A stretch of 26,568 nt of DNA from Promethearchaeota archaeon (GTDB taxonomy: Archaea; Asgardarchaeota; Lokiarchaeia; Sigyniarchaeales; SOKP01). The stretch spans positions 1-26,568 of the forward strand of contig JAFGOA010000195.1 in assembly GCA_016926735.1 (NCBI GenBank), written 5' to 3'. Below, in pieces: positions 1 to 6,729 of this stretch. The translations under genes and the position numbers were made by a program. The notes under the pieces are model-generated. The model had not been told where the DNA came from and searched no databases. It worked only from the letters and a program-made list of their open reading frames with translations. Within the stretch, counting starts at the first letter, position 1. The number at the start of each line of letters is the position of its first letter.

Positions 1-29
1 AAAAAAAGGATTAAGTTATTTATTTCAAA

Positions 30-509
30 CTATTGAATAATTTTTTCTTCAATATAAAGTGATTTATTTGTAATATTTAGATTCTCTTCTTTTCCATTAT
101 TATTTATTTCTAATCCTGTTGCGAATTGGATCTTCTCCTCAAGGATGTGTTCTAATAATCTTCTTAATACTTCAATTTGAGCTATACCTAACATTTTTTT
201 GTATTGGTCAATTGAAATAAATAATTGCTCGGTATTTTGCATAGTAAATGATATTTGAGTTTTTATTTCATTATATCTATGATATGTTGTCCAAGAGTTT
301 TGTTGTTTTTGTAATACTCTTAATATCATTATAATTTCTTCAATTGTGAATTTAATTGCTTTTCCCTCATTTTTAGACCATTTTTCCCAAGAATTATTCT
401 TTTTTTTTCGAATGCATCTAAAAAATAGATAAGGATCGGTTTTTAAACTGCTTTGGAGGATTATAGCAGTTTCTTTTCCAAAAAATGAATACATATGCGA
501 GTCTGTCAT
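30..509 (-). CDS. Hypothetical protein, possible Whirly/PC4-like single-stranded nucleic acid binding fold
   Basis: 159-aa ORF with ATG start and a TATA-like TTAAATATAA about 22-31 nt upstream on the minus strand. It shows two repeats of a beta-strands-then-helix pattern (YSFFGKETAIIL...AIKFTIEEIIMIL; WTTYH...MLGIAQIEVLRRLLEHIL). The fold call is inference. Confidence 0.6.
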   Translation of the reverse strand: MTDSHMYSFFGKETAIILQSSLKTDPYLFFRCIRKKKNNSWEKWSKNEGKAIKFTIEEIIMILRVLQKQQNSWTTYHRYNEIKTQISFTMQNTEQLFISIDQYKKMLGIAQIEVLRRLLEHILEEKIQFATGLEINNNGKEENLNITNKSLYIEEKIIQ

Positions 510-652
510 AATAATATAAATATTGGGTGTTTATATTTAAAAAAAAACAGAATGATGATTTACTATTACTTTTCTTAATTAATAGAATATAATCTATATT
601 ACTAAATTCTCAATCTCTCTATATTTATATTAATAATTATATTCACTAGTAT

Positions 653-814
653 TAGGAATGGAGAACCATCCTAGATTTCCTAATTATATATTAGGAAATC
701 AATCTCTACTACAATTATGTAGTAGAAACAAATTTAGATTTCTCTATAAACAATAACATTGTCGAAATTTTTGATTATGGGGTATTATCCCCATAATCAT
801 TCTCTTTTTCTTTC
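653..814 (+). ncRNA. Candidate structured small RNA (five consecutive stem-loops plus U-rich tail)
   Basis: Stems: 653-673 TAGG(A)ATGG/CCATCCTA; 674-700 GATTTCCTAAT/ATTAGGAAATC; 705-726 TCTACTACA/TGTAGTAGA; 750-762 ACAAT/ATTGT, possibly extended by 736-742 pairing with 764-770; 772-799 TGATTATGGGG/CCCCATAATCA. TTTATATT at 624-631 and a pyrimidine tract at 800-814 suggest the + strand. Confidence 0.5.
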
Positions 815-941
815 AAATTATAATAATATTCATTTCACTTTTGATTTTTTAAATTCCACTATTTTATTCTAAAAAGAAAATAATTTTTAGAAATGATTTA
901 TTTTTATAATCATTACAAATAAATAAAATATTGATTTGAAA

Positions 942-1364
942 ATGTCTGAAGTTGAGAAACCATTTACAATAGAAAGTTATTTGGAAAATATTCAAAATAA
1001 GAAATTAATTGGAACTAAATGTAAAGATTGTGGGGAAAAGTATGTTCCAATAAGAAAATTATGCAAAAAATGTGGTTCGACTAATATGGAATGGATGGAA
1101 ATGTCTGGTGAAGGGACATTAGCTGCATTTACAAGCATTACTGTTGGAACTCCTTTCTTTGTGGAAAGAGGATATGGAAGAAATAAACCTTATTGTTTTT
1201 CTGTTGTCACACTCAAAGAAGGACCTATGATTAGTGGTCAATTAGTTGGTGTAGACGAAAGTAAGCCCGATACCATAAAAATTGGTATGTCCTTAAAAGC
1301 TAAATTTTTAGAATCAGAATCTAATGGCAAAACTCGAGTAGATTTAGGTTTTGAACCACTTTAA
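942..1364 (+). CDS. Zn-ribbon/OB-fold protein (DUF35/ChsH2-like acyl-CoA-binding scaffold)
   Basis: KLIGTKCKDCG...RKLCKKCGS rubredoxin-like ribbon, then GEGTLAAFTSI...PYCFSVVTLKEGPMISGQL OB fold. ATG 942 is preferred over TTG 936. Confidence 0.9.
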   Translation: MSEVEKPFTIESYLENIQNKKLIGTKCKDCGEKYVPIRKLCKKCGSTNMEWMEMSGEGTLAAFTSITVGTPFFVERGYGRNKPYCFSVVTLKEGPMISGQLVGVDESKPDTIKIGMSLKAKFLESESNGKTRVDLGFEPL

Positions 1365-1423
1365 TTCTGCTTTTTATATTTTCTTTTCTATATGAAGATA
1401 TTTTGATATGAAGTCCTAATTAA

Positions 1424-1430
1424 AGGTGAT
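1424..1430 (+). promoter_or_regulatory. Shine-Dalgarno-like AGGTGAT upstream of the extended M28 reading frame
   Basis: Matches the archaeal SD consensus GGTGAT and lies 2-5 nt before in-frame ATA codons at 1433 and 1436. Confidence 0.45.
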
Positions 1431-1435
1431 TTATA

Positions 1436-2593
1436 ATAAAAAAAAAAAGTCATACTTTTTTATTAGTATCCTTTTTAATTTCGGGACTTTTTTTAATAAT
1501 AATTTTTAATACTGTATTTACAACTCCCCAAAATTCTATTAAAAATATAGATATAGAACTATCTTTTAATGGAGAATATGCATATATCTCTGTTAAGAAC
1601 CAAACAGAAGATATTGGGAATAGAATTCCTGGAACTCAAGAACATCAAGAATGTATTGAATATTTTATATCAGAATTCGATAAAATTGACTTTAATTTTG
1701 ATTATTTTTTTCAAAATTTTACTCTTGATCCTCGAGATGATAATCCTATAAATTGTTCAAATCTCTTATTTAAATTAAATGAGGGAAATAAAAATATAAT
1801 TATACTAGGAGCTCACTATGATTCAAGAGCAAGAGCAACTAAAGATATCGATCCAAATTTACCAGTTCCTGGGGCAAATGATGGAGCTAGTGGATGTGCT
1901 GTTTTATTAGAATTAGCAAGAGTTTTGTATAGCAGAAGAATAAATTTAACATGTGAGATTTGGTTTTTATTTATTGATGCCGAAGATCAAGGAGTAGATT
2001 ACTCTTATGGAATTCCTGGATGGCATTGGTGTGAAGGATCAAGTCGATTTGTTGATAATCTTTATAATTTTTATAATTCATCAGATGAATATTTTGAATG
2101 TATGATACTTTTAGATATGGTTGGAGGAACTGGCTTAAGATTTATAAATGAAGAGCATTCTACATCATCATTATTAAATGAAATTTTTCAAATAGGAAGA
2201 CAATTAGGCTATACTTCAGCATTTCCAAGTTCTCCTGAATCTAATAGAATAATAGATGATCATATACCTTTTATAAATTATGGAATTCCATCTGCAGATC
2301 TTATAATCAATTTTCTAAGTAATTCCAATTGGCCTCATCATCATAAAACTAGTGATAATCTTACATATATATCAAATACCAGTCTTATGATAACTGGTAG
2401 AACAATAGAACAATTTATTTATAATAATTTCTATAATCCTTTTGAATATAATTATCAAGGTAATTATCCATGGATAATGGATTCAATATTTATTGATTAT
2501 AATATCTATTTCCAAATAGGAATTATTTTTATTTTCATAATATTCCCTATTATTATCTATTTTATGAAGTATTTACCTTCACAAATTAAATAA
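1436..2593 (+). CDS. Membrane-anchored M28 family zinc enzyme, glutaminyl cyclase-like (extended 5' of the called 1925..2593 ORF)
   Basis: The frame of 1925 is stop-free back to 1430. It reads KKSHTFLLVSFLISGLFLIIIF (signal/anchor)...GNRIPGTQEH...ILGAHYDSR...PGANDGASGCAVLLELAR, then FIDAEDQG, LLDMVG, IIDDHIPF, HHHKTSDN and a C-terminal TM helix. The start codon is uncertain. Confidence 0.85.
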   Translation: MKKKSHTFLLVSFLISGLFLIIIFNTVFTTPQNSIKNIDIELSFNGEYAYISVKNQTEDIGNRIPGTQEHQECIEYFISEFDKIDFNFDYFFQNFTLDPRDDNPINCSNLLFKLNEGNKNIIILGAHYDSRARATKDIDPNLPVPGANDGASGCAVLLELARVLYSRRINLTCEIWFLFIDAEDQGVDYSYGIPGWHWCEGSSRFVDNLYNFYNSSDEYFECMILLDMVGGTGLRFINEEHSTSSLLNEIFQIGRQLGYTSAFPSSPESNRIIDDHIPFINYGIPSADLIINFLSNSNWPHHHKTSDNLTYISNTSLMITGRTIEQFIYNNFYNPFEYNYQGNYPWIMDSIFIDYNIYFQIGIIFIFIIFPIIIYFMKYLPSQIK

Positions 2594-2713
2594 TAAATTA
2601 AAAGATTTTTAGACAAATTTATTCAGTTTTTTTTATAGTAATATAAATTAACAAAAAATCTTTTTTTGAATTGAAAATTAGGACATGTGTTTATTGATAA
2701 TATTGATAAAATT

Positions 2714-3397
2714 ATGAAACTCAAAGTTTTTAATAGTAAAAAACGAAAGGAAAAGAAAAAAACGCCTGGATCAAAAAAAAAAAAGATTATTATTACAATT
2801 ATTTTTATTGCAGTTTCGATTTCAACACCTTTTATTATTTGGGGGATTTTACAATTAGCATTAGGTACCCATATGCCAATAACAGTTGTTGCATCTGGAT
2901 CTATGGAACCAAATCTTTATGAGGGAGATTTAGTTTTCTTACAAGGAAAGAATCCAGAAGATATTAAGAATGGGACTGAGATAGATTTAGCAGGTGATAT
3001 TATTGTTTTTAATACAAATGGAGTATGGCCTTCTCCAGTAGAGTATCCGGTTATACATCGTGTAGTAGATAAACGAAATAATTCAGGGACTTGGGAATTC
3101 TTAACGAAAGGTGATCATAATGACCATTATGATGGTTATCCACTTGGATATTGGGTACCTGAACAAAAAATAATTGGTGTTGTATGTGGGGTTGTACCTA
3201 AAATTGGTTGGATCAAACTATGGTTTGAAAGATCAAGTATACTTATGACACTTCTATCTGTTGGATTATTATTACTAATAATTAGTATTATTTGGGACGT
3301 GATAAAAGAAAAAGAAGAAAAAAAAGAAGGAATAGATCCGAAAACAAAGTACGATTTCAATAAAGAAGAATTAAATAATAATACTACGGAATTTTGA
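2714..3397 (+). CDS. sec11: Signal peptidase I, archaeal/ER type (S26B, Sec11-like)
   Basis: N-terminal TM, VVASGSMEP catalytic Ser box, GDIIVF, PVIHRV (Ser-His type), TKGDHN, C-terminal TM. Start is ATG 2714 or GTG 2687. Confidence 0.93.
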   Translation: MKLKVFNSKKRKEKKKTPGSKKKKIIITIIFIAVSISTPFIIWGILQLALGTHMPITVVASGSMEPNLYEGDLVFLQGKNPEDIKNGTEIDLAGDIIVFNTNGVWPSPVEYPVIHRVVDKRNNSGTWEFLTKGDHNDHYDGYPLGYWVPEQKIIGVVCGVVPKIGWIKLWFERSSILMTLLSVGLLLLIISIIWDVIKEKEEKKEGIDPKTKYDFNKEELNNNTTEF

Positions 3398-3609
3398 AAT
3401 AAATCACAAATCATCTTTTTTTATAAATACCTTTTTTGATAAAATTTAAAAAATTTTCAAAATTTTTAGATATTACTCTGCATAATAAAAAATTGCAGAA
3501 AATAACTATAGTAATTTTAGTTTTTAAAATCGTGAATTACTGTAAAACACAATACAATATAACAAATAAAACTGAATAAAACAAACAATTACATTAGAGG
3601 TAAAAAAAA

Positions 3610-3891
3610 ATGGCTAATAAAGAAGAAAATGCTGTATTTGTTGGAAGACGCCCAACAATGAATTATGTAATGGCAACTATGATGATTTTAAATAAAGGTG
3701 AAGAATGTACAGTCAAAGCAAGAGGAAGAGCTATATCTCATGCTGTTGATGTATGTGAAATTTTAAGAAATCGTTTTCTCAAGGGAACTGAATATAAAGA
3801 CATTCGTCTTAGCACAGAAGTGTTAGAAGGAGACAATAGTAACACTAATAATGTTAGTTCAATTGAAATTGTCTTAGCACCTCCAAAATAA
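3610..3891 (+). CDS. albA: Chromatin protein Alba
   Basis: VFVGRRPTMNYV, VKARGRAISHAVDVCEI, NVSSIEIVL. SD-like GAGGT at 3597-3601. Confidence 0.97.
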   Translation: MANKEENAVFVGRRPTMNYVMATMMILNKGEECTVKARGRAISHAVDVCEILRNRFLKGTEYKDIRLSTEVLEGDNSNTNNVSSIEIVLAPPK

Positions 3892-3945
3892 AGAAAATAG
3901 ATTTTCATTTATGCATTAATACATTCTACTAGTGCTAAATTCGAC

Positions 3946-3953
3946 TTTTTTTT
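3946..3953 (+). terminator. T-tract terminator candidate after albA
   Basis: Oligo-T run about 55 nt after the stop codon, typical of archaeal termination. Confidence 0.4.
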
Positions 3954-4174
3954 CCTATTCTTCTTAATTTTAAACTAATAATTTGATATCAATAAAAATA
4001 ATCAATATTATTAAATATTAACATCTCTTAAATGAAAAATATTATTTCTCATGATATAATAAAGAGTTTTATAATCTTCTTAAAGACCCTACCTTGGAGA
4101 ATGTAGATAAATATTATTCTAAATAATAGTATTTCATTTTTTAAATTAATAAATAAAAAAAAAAGAATCAAAAA

Positions 4175-4906
4175 TTATTCTTTTACTTTTTTTTCTTTCA
4201 GTATTATTTTTTTAACCCAATTAGGTAGCATCCAAGCATTATAATATAAAAATGCACTTAAGATTAGTATTAATTTCCCTATTATCATAATTGTAATATC
4301 TAAATAACTCAGAATTTCAAATATTCCTCCAAGAAAGAATGAAAAAGTGGATAAAATCATTAGTTTACCTTTTAAAATAATTTCTCTATTTTCAGATTTG
4401 ATTGAAATTCTCCCAATTAAAAATCCTGTAACTAAAATAAAAACCACCATAGATGCATGATAAATTGTCAATATAAGATTATAATCTTCATCTATAGGAG
4501 GAATAAAAGTACCAAGGTGATTTGGATCCACAATTAGGAAAAATAGAAAATAGATCTCCATCAACAAACCATAAATAGTAAAAACAAGCAAGATATATTT
4601 TTTATATGGTTTAAAAACTAAATCTGTAAATGCTAAAAGCCAAATTAATACAGTTATTGGTATAAAGAAATTACCAATAAACATAAACAATCTTAGATCG
4701 AATTGATTACCAGATATAAGTTCATATAGTAATGATATAGATTTTGCCATCCAGAGGGAAGTTAGACCAATCCATGTCATTCCGACAAAGATAATTGATT
4801 TTTGCTTATATTTGAAATATTTCGAAATTATAAGCGAACCTGTAATAATTGATATTGATACAAAAATAATGCTAAAAATTCCATTAATAAGATCAGGGGT
4901 ATCCAT
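4175..4906 (-). CDS. Stand-alone 7TM membrane protein (sensor-like, no cytoplasmic output domain)
   Basis: About seven hydrophobic segments, SKYFKYKQK loop after TM1, LPNWVKK basic tail. Confidence 0.75.
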   Translation of the reverse strand: MDTPDLINGIFSIIFVSISIITGSLIISKYFKYKQKSIIFVGMTWIGLTSLWMAKSISLLYELISGNQFDLRLFMFIGNFFIPITVLIWLLAFTDLVFKPYKKYILLVFTIYGLLMEIYFLFFLIVDPNHLGTFIPPIDEDYNLILTIYHASMVVFILVTGFLIGRISIKSENREIILKGKLMILSTFSFFLGGIFEILSYLDITIMIIGKLILILSAFLYYNAWMLPNWVKKIILKEKKVKE

Positions 4907-5121
4907 TTTTAAAGAATATTGTTTAATAATTGAGTTTTATATAATGCTTACTGATATATAAAATTTTAAGAGAAAATTATATTAAAATAATATTGATTTT
5001 AAGGAGAAATATAAAAAAAGATTTTAAATATCCATTTTTAAAGCAAATAGTCATTTTAAAAAATTGAGAGAGTTGATATAAAATTTTTTTTCTAATTGTA
5101 TCTTTTATTGATTTTTTTATT

Positions 5122-6150
5122 GTGCTATTGATGTGTATCTATATCTATAAATCAAGGAATAAGAAAGAAAAAACAATCTATACTAAAATTAATGAGATCT
5201 TATATTGTATTTTGACTTTAGCATTTGGTATCTATTATCCTTTATTGATTATTATTCTTGGAAAAGATTATAATGGGTTAATATATGGAACTGCTGTAGA
5301 TGATTTTATATTATTAGGTAATGTTTTTATCGGAGGTGAAGTAGCTCTAATATTTTTATGGGCTCTCTCTGCTAAAATAAGAACAAAAAAAAATCCTAAA
5401 TTATTAGAAACAAAAAATAATTATAATCAATTTATTTCAAATTTTTTAGAAAATTATTCAATTAAGAATAAAATAAAAAGAAAATTATATCATACTTTAC
5501 CTTTTACTATTGTTGCTTTAATTCCTCTTATTTTTTTTGTTTTTAAGAATAATTTAGGTGAACGATGGATGAGCTATTCCATCTTTTTTATAGCTATTGT
5601 GGGAGTTGATTTTGCATTTACGTTTATAATTGGAGACGTTGTTAGGTTACTTGATTTTAGTTATATGCCTCCTAAAGCAGCAGATCTTTTTAAAGCAGCA
5701 ATGACCTCAGACGAGTTAAATACTTTCACAAGTACTTCTGTAATGGTATTTGGATTTGGACCCTTTATTTTCTTTAATTTTACTATTTTCTTTATAGTTG
5801 TTTTGATATCTGCGATTGCTGATGCTTTTGCTTCTATAACTGGATTGATGGCTTCAAAAATGGGTCATAACTTTCCAAAAGATACCTCTAAAACCATAGA
5901 GGGATATATTGGAGGAATAATTGTATGCTTTTTCTGTACAATATTTGGATCTTATTATTCAATTTTACTTGGAATTTCCAATTGGGATATTTACTCTATC
6001 TTATTAATTGCAATTGTACTTGCTATTGTCTTTTTTTTAATAGACCTTATAACAAGTAAGATCGAATTGCAGGATAATTATTTAAATTCTTTAATAATAG
6101 GATCTAGTTTATTGATCCTGCTTATTTTACTAAAAATTCAAATTTTTTGA
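5122..6150 (+). CDS. CTP-dependent polyprenol/diacylglycerol kinase family membrane protein (dolichol/phytol kinase, Dgk1-like)
   Basis: RKLYH motif, ADAFASITG...FP...KTIEGYIGG signature, terminal DNY, many TMs. The frame is open upstream to 5077, so the true start is uncertain. Confidence 0.8.
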   Translation: MLLMCIYIYKSRNKKEKTIYTKINEILYCILTLAFGIYYPLLIIILGKDYNGLIYGTAVDDFILLGNVFIGGEVALIFLWALSAKIRTKKNPKLLETKNNYNQFISNFLENYSIKNKIKRKLYHTLPFTIVALIPLIFFVFKNNLGERWMSYSIFFIAIVGVDFAFTFIIGDVVRLLDFSYMPPKAADLFKAAMTSDELNTFTSTSVMVFGFGPFIFFNFTIFFIVVLISAIADAFASITGLMASKMGHNFPKDTSKTIEGYIGGIIVCFFCTIFGSYYSILLGISNWDIYSILLIAIVLAIVFFLIDLITSKIELQDNYLNSLIIGSSLLILLILLKIQIF

Positions 6151-6173
6151 AATTTCCACATACATATTTGTCT

Positions 6174-6542
6174 TCAATATTGAAAGTTTTGATTTCTTAT
6201 TTTTGAAATCAAAAATCCTTTACTAAGTAATTGAATCCCAAATTGTTTTGAATAATCTTTAGAAAAATCAGTCACAATATTACAAACCATTATTCCTCCC
6301 TGTATCTCTGGAACATCTGTACAAGCTTTATGTAATTGCCTTAATTGAGTTATTGATATTTCTCTTTGCCAATCCCTTATAAATAAACCAAATCGTTCTG
6401 AATTTTCATTTTGAATAATTGCATCAAATGACCATTTTTTTCCAGAAGCTCCTTTTAAATTAGGAGGACCTTCAATGAACTTATATTTACGAGAAAACAA
6501 TAAACGTGATAATTCATATAAGTTTTTGTCGGAAAGAGCCAT
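6174..6542 (-). CDS. Mrr-like PD-(D/E)XK restriction-endonuclease-fold protein
   Basis: LKGASGKKWSFDAII...FGLFIRDW.REISITQLRQL...GGIMVCN..TDFSKDYSKQFGIQLL matches the Mrr catalytic-domain layout. Confidence 0.7.
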   Translation of the reverse strand: MALSDKNLYELSRLLFSRKYKFIEGPPNLKGASGKKWSFDAIIQNENSERFGLFIRDWQREISITQLRQLHKACTDVPEIQGGIMVCNIVTDFSKDYSKQFGIQLLSKGFLISKIRNQNFQY

Positions 6543-6729
6543 AGGATATATACTCTTTTTTTATTTTTAATTTAACTGTATTATATAAATACTATTATAG
6601 TATACTTCTATATATTTCTTAATGATTTGTAATATGTACATATTATCGTCATATAAATAATATTAATCCATAAATCTATGTTTTCTTTCTTTCGACATAA
6701 TATAACATGAGATTAAATATTTTTATCTA

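Noticed and set aside
653-814. Hairpin array read as a CRISPR array, tRNA, SRP RNA or RNase P RNA
   Set aside because: The stems are not repeats of one sequence; there is no T-loop/D-loop consensus, no SRP helix 8 motif and no RNase P GAGGAAAGUCC motif.
1569-1751. 60-aa ORF from the track
   Set aside because: Out-of-frame overlap with the extended M28 reading frame, which carries conserved motifs.
3136-3414. 92-aa minus-strand ORF
   Set aside because: Antisense shadow of signal peptidase I, no motifs.
4033-4136. Short ORF-like stretch (NKEFYNLLKDPTLENVDKYYSK) and imperfect AT-rich inverted repeats between albA and the 7TM gene
   Set aside because: Too short, no recognisable family, and the repeats are expected by chance at this AT content.
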